From assembly GCA_041170785.1 (NCBI GenBank), contig JBEDND010000146.1:1-48893 (forward strand): 48,893 nt of DNA, written 5' to 3'. The translations under genes were made by a program, and so were the position numbers. Positions 20,258-28,490 of the stretch are shown here, one piece after another (positions within the stretch are counted from its first letter, which is position 1; the number at the start of each line of letters is the position of its first letter). This DNA is from Bacteroidota bacterium (lineage in GTDB: Bacteria; Bacteroidota; Bacteroidia; NS11-12g; UBA955). The notes under the pieces were generated by a model. That model worked only from the letters and a program-made list of their open reading frames with translations, ran no database searches and was not told the origin of the DNA.

Positions 20258-21232
20258 TCACCAACCCAGCACCCAGGCAAAAATCAATGGCGCCACAATG
20301 GTCGCGTCGCTTTCCACGATGTACTTCGGCGTGTGGATGTCCAGCTTGCCCCAGGTAATCTTCTCGTTCGGAACCGCGCCGGAATAGCTGCCGTAACTGG
20401 TGGTTGAGTCGCTGATCTGACAGAAATAGCTCCAGAACGGAACATCATGCCATTCCAGATCCTGATACATCATCGGCACCACACAAATCGGGAAATCACC
20501 GGCAATGCCTCCGCCAATCTGGAAGAAGCCAACGCCCTTCCCACCTGAATTTTCGCGGTACCACTGACTCAGCCAAACCATGTATTCAATACCACTCTTC
20601 ATCGTGGTGGCTTTAATTTCATTTTTAATCACATAGCTGGCGAAAATATTCCCCATGGTGCTGTCTTCCCAGCCGCCTACAATGATGGGCAGGTTGCGCT
20701 CGGCAGCCGCAATCATCCACGAGTTTTTAGGGTCAATTTCATAATACTGCTCCAGCACGCCGCTCAGAATCATCTGATACATAAACTCATGCGGGAAATA
20801 GCGCTCGCCCTTGTCGTCCGCCTCCTTCCACAGCTTGTGGATGTGCTGCTGCAAACGTCGGAACGCTTCTTCCTCAGGGATACAGGTATCAGTAACCCGG
20901 TTCAGACCTTTTTCCAGCAAATTCCATTCTTCCTGAGGCGTCAGGTCGCGGTAATTCGGGATACGGCGGTAATGACTGTGCGCCACCAGGTTCATCAAAT
21001 CCTCTTCCAGGTTGGCGCCCGTGCAGGAAATGATGTCCACCTTCCCCTGACGAATCATTTCCGCCAGACTCACGCCCAGTTCTGCCGTACTCATGGCACC
21101 GGCCAGCGTCACCATCATCTTCCCGCCTTCCAGCAGGTGTTGTTCATAGCCTTTGGCGGCATCTTTCAGCGCAGCCGCGTTAAAATGACGGTAGTGGTGT
21201 TCAATAAACTGTGAAACCGGGCCTTTATTCAT
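20258..21232 (-). CDS. Deoxyhypusine synthase-like protein (probable homospermidine biosynthesis enzyme)
   Basis: TLAGAMSTAELG, SCTGANLEED, NRVTD, IGGGIAGDF and SGAVPNEKITWGK motifs. Start set at ATG 21232. Confidence 0.9.
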   Translation of the reverse strand: MNKGPVSQFIEHHYRHFNAAALKDAAKGYEQHLLEGGKMMVTLAGAMSTAELGVSLAEMIRQGKVDIISCTGANLEEDLMNLVAHSHYRRIPNYRDLTPQEEWNLLEKGLNRVTDTCIPEEEAFRRLQQHIHKLWKEADDKGERYFPHEFMYQMILSGVLEQYYEIDPKNSWMIAAAERNLPIIVGGWEDSTMGNIFASYVIKNEIKATTMKSGIEYMVWLSQWYRENSGGKGVGFFQIGGGIAGDFPICVVPMMYQDLEWHDVPFWSYFCQISDSTTSYGSYSGAVPNEKITWGKLDIHTPKYIVESDATIVAPLIFAWVLGW

Positions 21233-21236
21233 GCCG

Positions 21237-21244
21237 CAAAAGTA
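21237..21244 (-). promoter_or_regulatory. -7 promoter element for the DHS-like gene
   Basis: TACTTTTG followed by 4 nt and then ATG. Confidence 0.6.
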
Positions 21245-21291
21245 GTGCAGGCAAGGCAAACCTCAGGACGCCCGAAAGATGTGGTTTTTTT

Positions 21292-21440
21292 GGGCCTTTT
21301 TCCGGTCTTGCGCTGTACGCTTCGCACCTTTGCCGGCATGTGCAGGTCCGCGACTTGGCTTACTGCCGTTCGCCATGCGCGCGCGGCACATGCAAGGTCA
21401 AAGGCGCTGCAGGGTGCCGCTTCAGCCCGGGGCAGGGTCC
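21292..21440. ncRNA. Candidate structured ncRNA or palindromic repeat element (about 150 nt, nested stems)
   Basis: Nested inverted repeats: GGGCCTT/AGGGTCC, TTCCGG/CCGGGG, GCTG/CAGC, GCACCTTTG (21324-21332)/CAAAGGCGC (21399-21407), GCATGTGC (21336-21343)/GCACATGC (21386-21393) and TGGC/GCCA. Confidence 0.5.
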
Positions 21441-21504
21441 CCTTCTTGGGCGAAATCTGTTTTCATCATTGCCGGAACCCATCCGCACAAAGTACTGAAC
21501 AGTG

Positions 21505-22563
21505 TTACCAAAAAACATCCATCGCCGGAAGCGCGCGTCCCTGAAAGTCCCAGAGTGCCTGATTTTCCCAAGATGAGCCATCCAACGCAGTATTGCCCTT
21601 CCAGGCTGTCCATTCACCGCCCCAATAGCAGAAGCCAAGGCCGCCTTCCACCGAAAGCACCAAGTTGCGGATGGCCCACAAAAAAGCTTTTTGACCTTCA
21701 GGACTCGCTGGAAATTGCGGCAATAGTTGATCGTCCAATCCAACCACATTATGGGTTTGGTCGTTCCATCCCAAGGTAAACGGGTAGGAGGTTTCTGCCA
21801 ATAAAATCGGTTTCTTGAAGGATTGATGCAATAATTCCATGCGTTGTTTCAGCAGGTTCAGATCCTTGCCATGCCACATGGGGTAATAGCTCAGGCCCAG
21901 AACATCGTAATCCACATTCCGAAAGGGTTCCAGCGTCGCGGCCACATCCTCGAGCATGGCCATATGAATCACCACCTGGGTTTTAGGCGCTACCTCTCGC
22001 ACCGCCTGGATGCCCGCCCGAATCAAGGCCAGCATGCCGGCGGTATCGCGGCTGTTGCCTTCAGGCCAGAGCAAACCGCCATTTATTTCATTGCCAATTT
22101 GGATGTAATCCGGTTGCAGAGCCAGCATCACCCGCTTAGTGTAGGCATAGACGCTGTCGGCCAGCGTTCGGACATTGATGTTGTTCCAGGCTTCGGGCTT
22201 GCTTTGATGCGCCGGATCTGCCCAGGTATCCGAATAATGCACACTGATGAGCGTATTCAAACCCAGGCTGCGCAGTTCGGCACACAGTTGCTGTGCCTCG
22301 CTGAGCCTGGCGCCTGCTTCAGGTTTATACCACAACCGCAAGCGCACCATATTGATTCCTGCACGCAGCAGGGTTTGGAGCATGTCTTCAGGTTGCCCTT
22401 TGCTGTTGTACCAAAGGCCGCTGCTTTTACGCAGTTCAGGAAGCATGGATAAATCAGCACCCACCAATGCCGGCTTGGCGTAGAGGGGAGGGCCGATTTC
22501 AGGTTTTTTACAAGCCTGAAGGGCGCTGCACAGCGCTGCCAGGCCGATAAAAAACCTCAACAT
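21505..22563 (-). CDS. GH53 endo-beta-1,4-galactanase, lipoprotein
   Basis: GADLS, VRLRLW, HYSDTWADPAHQ, QIGNEIN (acid/base Glu) and AETSYP (nucleophile Glu); lipobox LQA|C. ATG 22563 overlaps the upstream TGA. Confidence 0.92.
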   Translation of the reverse strand: MLRFFIGLAALCSALQACKKPEIGPPLYAKPALVGADLSMLPELRKSSGLWYNSKGQPEDMLQTLLRAGINMVRLRLWYKPEAGARLSEAQQLCAELRSLGLNTLISVHYSDTWADPAHQSKPEAWNNINVRTLADSVYAYTKRVMLALQPDYIQIGNEINGGLLWPEGNSRDTAGMLALIRAGIQAVREVAPKTQVVIHMAMLEDVAATLEPFRNVDYDVLGLSYYPMWHGKDLNLLKQRMELLHQSFKKPILLAETSYPFTLGWNDQTHNVVGLDDQLLPQFPASPEGQKAFLWAIRNLVLSVEGGLGFCYWGGEWTAWKGNTALDGSSWENQALWDFQGRALPAMDVFW

Positions 22564-24569
22564 CAGGGCAGTTTTACGTAGCTGCACGAGCTGCTTCGGT
22601 AGCCGGATGCCTCCACTTGTATCAAGTACACGCCTTGACGCAAGCCACTCAGGTCGGCTTCAAGTGTTTGGGCCGCTGCATCGAATTGCTGCGACAGCAT
22701 CAAGCGTCCATTCATGTCAAAAACCCTGATTGATGCCTGGCGCACGGTCTCGGAAAGCGCCACTTGCACCAGCCCATTTCCGGGATTTGGGTAGGCCCGC
22801 ACACCCAATGCAGCATCAGAAAAGTTGCTGTTGGCGTTGGTATGCGATACCGCTGTATAAGGACCGCCGCTGGCGTTCCACCAGGTTCCTGAATTGGTGG
22901 TTTCCAAGCGCAATGCCCGCACGGTATAAAGGTTTCTTCCTTTCAGGTAATTTGTGCTGTCGTAATACACCGTATCGCTGATCAGGTATCCTTTATTCAC
23001 CCTAAAATAGCCGTTGCTCGCGCTGTCGTAACGATATACGGCATAACCATCTACAGCTCCGTTGGCGCGGTTCCAGGTGAGTTTCACACGGTTGGAAATG
23101 CTTTGGGCCTTGAGGTTTGAAGGGCCGGGCACATAAGCCATACGCAAGGTTGGATCGCCCATCAGCGCGATGTGGATGCCTTGTTGTGAATAGTTGAAGT
23201 TTCCGCTGAAATAAAAACTACTGTTGTTCTGTGAAATCCTGGTCCCAAACCCAATATGTTTACCCAGTGCCATGTGGTGTACATACCATTTTGGAATGCC
23301 GCCCCAGAAACAGGCCAGTGCGCTGTTGGCCAGCGGAGCACGCAGGAAGTTGTTGTTTACATCCCAATCGCCGAAATAGCTGCCTGCCAGGATGGTGAAG
23401 ATGTTCCGCAGCGAATCAGCCGCGAAATTATTTGTGTTACCGATGCCGCTGCATGAGGTATAAGAACCCGCGCCGCAGCCATAGCTCCACAAATAGGCGC
23501 CGCTTTTCTGGGCTGTGAAATAATCGCGGTTGTCAAAAATGCTGTCGGTGCGGAAAAAGGTGGCGAAGTTGTGGTATCCGGTGGATGCCAGGTTCAGGCC
23601 GGTGAAGTTGTTGTCAATCAGGGCGCGGTTTACCGAGCGCAATTGACCGGTGCGCCACAGGTGGTTGCGGTTCAGGTATTTACGCACCAGCAGGGTGTCG
23701 TTTTTGCTGAAGGAGGTCATGTCGAACAGATCCACACGGCCCACTTCCAGATCCACGGCGCCGGGAACTTTGGTTTGGTCCATTTTGCCGTCGCCGGGAA
23801 TGTTGTGCAACCGCGGCGAGGAGCCTGTGGTGCGTGTCACCTCGCTGTCGAACCATTCGCCGTCAAGTTCCCCGTAATACAAGTCGGCGGGCCAGGCGCC
23901 GGTATGGTTTCCGGAGCCTTCCACGTGCCCGTCGGGCGGTGGAATGAACGATGAACTGTAATCGCCGGAATAGGGAACCGGCACATGCCCAATGATGTAA
24001 AGGGTACTTACTTTACCACCACGGCGCTGGTATTCCGCCTGGATGCGGCTGCGCACGGCGGCGGGTTTTTCTTTTCTGCCTGCATACAACATGCTGGTGC
24101 TCCAGCCTTCAGACTGTAATTGTTGGTTCAAACGGTTGATTTCATTGTTCAACGGCAGGCGGTAATTGCTGTCAATCAACAGGATGATGCCGCCGTTACC
24201 TGGTTGTTCTTCATAACGGTTTCCCGCCCAAACATAACCAAGTGCATCAGTCTGGTTGCTGGCATTCACCTTGGCCACCAAATACTCGTAGGCAAATCCT
24301 GCCTTGGCCGAGGCATCTTTCCAACTGGCCGCATTTCCTGCTGCGGTGCCAACCGGCGCCGACCCCCAATCTTCATTGTTCAGGTCGCTGCGGCGGTAAA
24401 TCTGCCAGCTTCCTGAATAAGATTCCTGAGGCCAGTAAATGGTGATGGTTCCGTCGGGATTGGCAATGGCGCCGGCCATCACCACCTGTGTTTTTGCTAC
24501 CTGTGCCCATGTATCAGCGCAGGTAAGCAGAAAGCTGAGGAACAATGACCGGGTAATAATTCTTTTCAT
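22563..24569 (-). CDS. T9SS type A cargo protein with Fn3-like domains and a central C25 (gingipain)-like domain
   Basis: Signal peptide DTWA|Q and C-terminal AYPNP...RVFDMNGR...GVYLIQV CTD. The centre contains LYIIGHVP, ADLYYGELDG, LEVGRVD and LMGDPTL. Confidence 0.7.
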   Translation of the reverse strand: MKRIITRSLFLSFLLTCADTWAQVAKTQVVMAGAIANPDGTITIYWPQESYSGSWQIYRRSDLNNEDWGSAPVGTAAGNAASWKDASAKAGFAYEYLVAKVNASNQTDALGYVWAGNRYEEQPGNGGIILLIDSNYRLPLNNEINRLNQQLQSEGWSTSMLYAGRKEKPAAVRSRIQAEYQRRGGKVSTLYIIGHVPVPYSGDYSSSFIPPPDGHVEGSGNHTGAWPADLYYGELDGEWFDSEVTRTTGSSPRLHNIPGDGKMDQTKVPGAVDLEVGRVDLFDMTSFSKNDTLLVRKYLNRNHLWRTGQLRSVNRALIDNNFTGLNLASTGYHNFATFFRTDSIFDNRDYFTAQKSGAYLWSYGCGAGSYTSCSGIGNTNNFAADSLRNIFTILAGSYFGDWDVNNNFLRAPLANSALACFWGGIPKWYVHHMALGKHIGFGTRISQNNSSFYFSGNFNYSQQGIHIALMGDPTLRMAYVPGPSNLKAQSISNRVKLTWNRANGAVDGYAVYRYDSASNGYFRVNKGYLISDTVYYDSTNYLKGRNLYTVRALRLETTNSGTWWNASGGPYTAVSHTNANSNFSDAALGVRAYPNPGNGLVQVALSETVRQASIRVFDMNGRLMLSQQFDAAAQTLEADLSGLRQGVYLIQVEASGYRSSSCSYVKLP

Positions 24570-24670
24570 AAGCTGATGTTGTGTTGGCGAATCTAAAGAA
24601 TCCTGTCCTTTATTTCCTCAAGCCTTAACGGCGCATGTGCTGCCATTCAAAATTGGGTTCTTGTTAAAAG

Positions 24671-25330
24671 CTATTCCCGCCAAACAAATCCAAACAATAT
24701 GAGGCTGAGGTAAATAAGCAGGACATCGAGGGTGAACACCACCATCAAGTCTTTGTAGAATGCGGAGGGAAGAAAGGTTTCCAGACACTTGCGGCTGGCG
24801 CTCATTCCGGCAAGCAACACCGGTATGATGACCGGCATGCTGAGTACAGGCGCAATAAGTCCGGCGTGGCGCGTTTTCGCAGAAATGGCCGACACCAGCG
24901 TGAGCACGGTGCTGACGCCCAATCCTGTGAGCCAAACGCTGAGCAGGTAAGGCCACCACTGAGGCGCATAAAAACCAAGGAAGAACGAATACAGCAACAA
25001 GGTGCCCAGCATCAGAACCGTCATCACCAGGCTGTTATACATGATTTTTGCCAGGATGAGCGAACCCGGATCGCATAGCTGGTAGAGGTAAAGCCAGCGA
25101 CCCGCAGGCACGGCTATAAAATTCTTTACGATGCCCTGCATGGTTCCGGTAATCACCAGAATCCAGAACATGGCGTTCCAAACCGCTGTTGGCATAACCT
25201 GCACGGCCAGATAACATACCAGTACCGTGGTGAATAACTGCAGCATCACACCGGCCAAAACCGCCTTCTGGCTTAAATCACTTTGCCATTCGGCGCGAAT
25301 CAGTTGAAGAGTTTTGTGCCTGCTTGCCAC
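24671..25330 (-). CDS. ccmB: Heme exporter protein CcmB (cytochrome c maturation)
   Basis: About six TM helices, ILAKIMYN and LTLVSAISAKTRHAGLIAPVLSMPVIIPVLL; GTG start. Confidence 0.8.
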   Translation of the reverse strand: MASRHKTLQLIRAEWQSDLSQKAVLAGVMLQLFTTVLVCYLAVQVMPTAVWNAMFWILVITGTMQGIVKNFIAVPAGRWLYLYQLCDPGSLILAKIMYNSLVMTVLMLGTLLLYSFFLGFYAPQWWPYLLSVWLTGLGVSTVLTLVSAISAKTRHAGLIAPVLSMPVIIPVLLAGMSASRKCLETFLPSAFYKDLMVVFTLDVLLIYLSLILFGFVWRE

Positions 25331-25346
25331 CTTTTTAGTTATTTCG

Positions 25347-25354
25347 CAAAGTTA
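25347..25354 (-). promoter_or_regulatory. -7 promoter element for ccmB
   Basis: TAACTTTG, 16 nt upstream of the GTG at 25330. Confidence 0.55.
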
Positions 25355-25368
25355 TTTAGCGAATCCCA

Positions 25369-25842
25369 ATGCTCGACCACATCCACCATTTAACCGAAGA
25401 AGAGAAGAATCTGGTAATTCAGGCACCTGTTTATGTTAGTCTGCTGATTGCCGGCGCCGACGGACATTTTCAACAGGAAGAACAAAAACGGATACTGGAA
25501 TTGGTGCATACCAAAACCTTTTCTGAACAGTACGAACTGCGTGAACTTTACTCCTCATTGGATCACAACCTGGCCGAGCACCTTCGTCAGATGATGGCAT
25601 CCCTCCCTGAAGATACCGAAGAACGCCAGGCCATGCTCAGCGGTCTGCTCAGCGGACTGAATGATGTTTTCCCGCGCCTGGAACAGTTCTTCGCCCGCCA
25701 ACTGTACAAAAGTTTGCGTGAATTTGCGCATTACATCGCACATGCAGATGGCGGTTTCTGGGGCATCTCTGCCGTAAGTGATGCCGAGCGCCAGTGGGTC
25801 AAGCTGCCCATGTTGCACGAACCCTTTTCAGAAGAAGATTAA
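25369..25842 (+). CDS. Hypothetical protein, possibly TerB-like fold
   Basis: LLIAGADGHFQQEEQKRI and IAHADGGFWGISAVSDAE resemble the paired ADG...E motifs of TerB-like helical proteins. Confidence 0.5.
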   Translation: MLDHIHHLTEEEKNLVIQAPVYVSLLIAGADGHFQQEEQKRILELVHTKTFSEQYELRELYSSLDHNLAEHLRQMMASLPEDTEERQAMLSGLLSGLNDVFPRLEQFFARQLYKSLREFAHYIAHADGGFWGISAVSDAERQWVKLPMLHEPFSEED

Positions 25843-25853
25843 CATCGCTGCTC

Positions 25854-27356
25854 TTGAGCCTGTTTGAGAAAATCCTGGTTGCCAACCGCGGTGAAATTGC
25901 CATCAGGGTGATGCGCGCCTGCCGTGAAATGGGTATCCAAACCGTAGCAGTTTACAGTGAAGCCGACCGCAACGCGCTGCATGTGCGCTACGCCGACGAG
26001 GCCTTTTGCATTGGTCCCGGTCCGAGTAATCAAAGCTATTTGCGCGGCGATGCCATCATCGAGGTTTGCAAAACCACAGGTGCGCAGGCCGTGCATCCGG
26101 GCTACGGATTTCTTTCTGAGAATGCCGGCTTTGCCCGTGCACTAAAGGAAGCAGGTATCGTATTGATAGGCCCTTCTCCCGAAGCCATGGAGGTGATGGG
26201 CAGTAAAATTGGCGCCAAGCAGGCCGTAGAAAAATTCGGCGTGCCTTTGGTACCGGGCATCAACGAAGCCATCAGCGATGCCGATGCCGCGCTGCGCATT
26301 GCACAGCAGATTGGGTTTCCCGTATTGGTAAAGGCCAGTGCAGGCGGTGGAGGTAAGGGCATGCGCATCGTTGAACGTGCCGAAGATTTTGTGGATGAGT
26401 TGGGCAGGGCACAAAGTGAAGCCCGCAGCGCCTTCGGCGACGATTCTGTGTTTATTGAAAAATACGTGGGTGGCCCGCGCCATATTGAATTCCAGATTAT
26501 GGCCGACACCCACGGGAATATCTGTCACCTGTTTGAACGCGAATGTTCCATCCAACGACGCCACCAAAAGCTGGTGGAAGAGGCGCCCAGCCCGGCGGTA
26601 AATGAAGCACTCCGCCAACGCATGGGAGCGGCCGCGGTAAACGTGGCCCGTGCATGTAATTATACCGGCGCCGGCACCGTAGAGTTCCTGGTGGGTAATG
26701 ATGGCAACTTTTATTTTCTGGAGATGAATACCCGCCTGCAGGTGGAACATCCCGTTACAGAAATGATCACCGGCATTGACCTGGTGCGCGAACAGATCCG
26801 TGTAGCCGCCGGACTGCCGCTCAGCTTCACACAGGAAGACCTGCGCATCAATGGCCATGCCATTGAGTTGCGCGTTTGTGCCGAAGATCCGGAAAATAAT
26901 TTCCTGCCCGATATCGGAACCATTACCGAATACAGCACCCCGAAAGGTCCCGGAATCCGCGTGGATGACGCCATGGAAGCAGGCATGGAAATTCCAATCT
27001 TCTACGACAACATGATCGCCAAGTTGATTGTTTGGGGAAGTTCCCGCGAGGAAGCCATGAGCAGGATGCTGCGCGCCATTTCAGAATACAGATTGTCCGG
27101 AATTGCCTCTACGCTTGCATTCGGTGCTTTTGTGATGAAGCACGAAGCCTTCACTTCAGGCCATTTTGACACAGGGTTCATCGGCCGGCATTTCAAGCCA
27201 GAGTACCTGAACCACCACGCATTTGAGGGTGAAGAAGAAGCCGCTGCAGCGATGGCCGCTGCCTTCGCCTGGAAAAACAAAGCTGTTGCCGCACCCACAG
27301 TAGTGCAGGCGCCTGCTGCAAGCTTGTGGAAGCTCCGCAGGGAACGAAGAAGGTAA
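25854..27356 (+). CDS. accC: Biotin carboxylase subunit of an acetyl/propionyl-CoA carboxylase
   Basis: KILVANRGEIA, HPGYGFLSENA, GGGGKGMR, ERECSIQRRHQK and LEMNTRLQVEHPVTE motifs. No ATG lies at the homologous start; TTG 25854 or CTG 25860 is likely. Confidence 0.9.
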   Translation: MSLFEKILVANRGEIAIRVMRACREMGIQTVAVYSEADRNALHVRYADEAFCIGPGPSNQSYLRGDAIIEVCKTTGAQAVHPGYGFLSENAGFARALKEAGIVLIGPSPEAMEVMGSKIGAKQAVEKFGVPLVPGINEAISDADAALRIAQQIGFPVLVKASAGGGGKGMRIVERAEDFVDELGRAQSEARSAFGDDSVFIEKYVGGPRHIEFQIMADTHGNICHLFERECSIQRRHQKLVEEAPSPAVNEALRQRMGAAAVNVARACNYTGAGTVEFLVGNDGNFYFLEMNTRLQVEHPVTEMITGIDLVREQIRVAAGLPLSFTQEDLRINGHAIELRVCAEDPENNFLPDIGTITEYSTPKGPGIRVDDAMEAGMEIPIFYDNMIAKLIVWGSSREEAMSRMLRAISEYRLSGIASTLAFGAFVMKHEAFTSGHFDTGFIGRHFKPEYLNHHAFEGEEEAAAAMAAAFAWKNKAVAAPTVVQAPAASLWKLRRERRR

Positions 27357-27465
27357 CACTGCTGCCGTTGCTCAACCCATGTTCATCGTTCTCCAAAGTA
27401 CGGATGAACTTATGGTTTGTGGAAGATAATTTCGAATTCAATAATCCGAATCAACAAACGGGCCC

Positions 27466-28443
27466 ATGAACAAAATCCTCATCATAGACGACGTACATCC
27501 GCTGCTGATGGAAGCAATGGAGACAGCCGGCTTCGAGGTTGTTTATCGCCCTGATTGTACCAAGGATGAAGTGCTGGCATTGGCTGCTGATTGTTCGGTG
27601 CTGGTGCTGCGCAGCAAAATCACGGTGGATGAGGCGCTGCTTCGGGCATTACCCAAGCTTCGGCTCATCGCCCGCGCCGGGGCCGGTACCGATAATATTC
27701 ATGAAGCGTCTTGTAATGAGCTAGGCATTGGTGTGGTACATGCAAGTGGTGCCAACAGCGATGCGGTAGGCGAACAAACCCTTGGCATGCTGCTTTCACT
27801 GATGTCGCGAATTGCCAAAGGAGATCGTGAAGTGCGCCGTGGTATTTGGAATCGGGAAGGAAACCGCGGCGTGGAACTGAAAGGTAAAACCGTGGGCGTT
27901 ATTGGCTGCGGTTATACAGGCAGCGCCTTCGTGGAACGGCTGGCGCCCTTTGGTGTTCAAGTATTGGTTTTCGACCCGTACAAAGAAATTCCCCAATGGC
28001 CGCATGTGCGACAAACCGGAATGGATGCGCTGTTTCAAGATGCCGACGTTTTGAGCCTGCATGTTCCCCTGACCCATGAAACCCGTTTCATGGTGAATGC
28101 CGATTTCCTCTCCAGATTCAGCAAGCCGATTTATTTACTGAATCTAAGCCGGGGCGCGGTTTTGCGTACTAAAGATGCAGCCCGCGCACTGCAACAGGGA
28201 CAACTTCGGGGGCTGGCTCTGGATGTTCTGGAACAAGAACCGCCGGAACACATGTCTTCCGAAGATAAACTTTGGTTTGCGAAACTTCTGGCCATGGAAG
28301 AAGTACTTTTTACCCCGCATGTAGGCGGTTGGAGTACAGAATCATACGAGCGAATTTCGGGAGTATTGGCTGCTCGAATAATCCGCTGGTTCAATCGAGA
28401 AGCCAAAATGCCTGTTTCACTATTGGATTATTACAAAATTTGA
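27466..28443 (+). CDS. D-isomer-specific 2-hydroxyacid dehydrogenase (short SerA-like)
   Basis: RAGAGTDNI, Rossmann GVIGCGYTG, SLHVPLT, NLSRG, LDVLEQEP and TPHVGG motifs. Confidence 0.9.
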   Translation: MNKILIIDDVHPLLMEAMETAGFEVVYRPDCTKDEVLALAADCSVLVLRSKITVDEALLRALPKLRLIARAGAGTDNIHEASCNELGIGVVHASGANSDAVGEQTLGMLLSLMSRIAKGDREVRRGIWNREGNRGVELKGKTVGVIGCGYTGSAFVERLAPFGVQVLVFDPYKEIPQWPHVRQTGMDALFQDADVLSLHVPLTHETRFMVNADFLSRFSKPIYLLNLSRGAVLRTKDAARALQQGQLRGLALDVLEQEPPEHMSSEDKLWFAKLLAMEEVLFTPHVGGWSTESYERISGVLAARIIRWFNREAKMPVSLLDYYKI

Positions 28444-28490
28444 GGGAATTTGCGCCCTTGCTCTAAAACTGTAAAAGAGATAAACAGAGT

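Noticed and set aside
20138-20407. 89-aa plus-strand ORF with a CxxC motif
   Set aside because: It has a TTG start, over half of it is antisense to the DHS-like gene, and no family signature is recognisable.
21211-21779. Several overlapping short ORFs across the DHS-GH53 intergenic region
   Set aside because: They have no recognisable motifs and are explained by the GC-rich, stop-poor structured element and by overlap with GH53.
27377-27415. Imperfect hairpin (GTTCATC/GATGAAC core) after the biotin carboxylase gene
   Set aside because: The stem is bulged with only a short T tract and no riboswitch consensus was recognised; at most a weak terminator.
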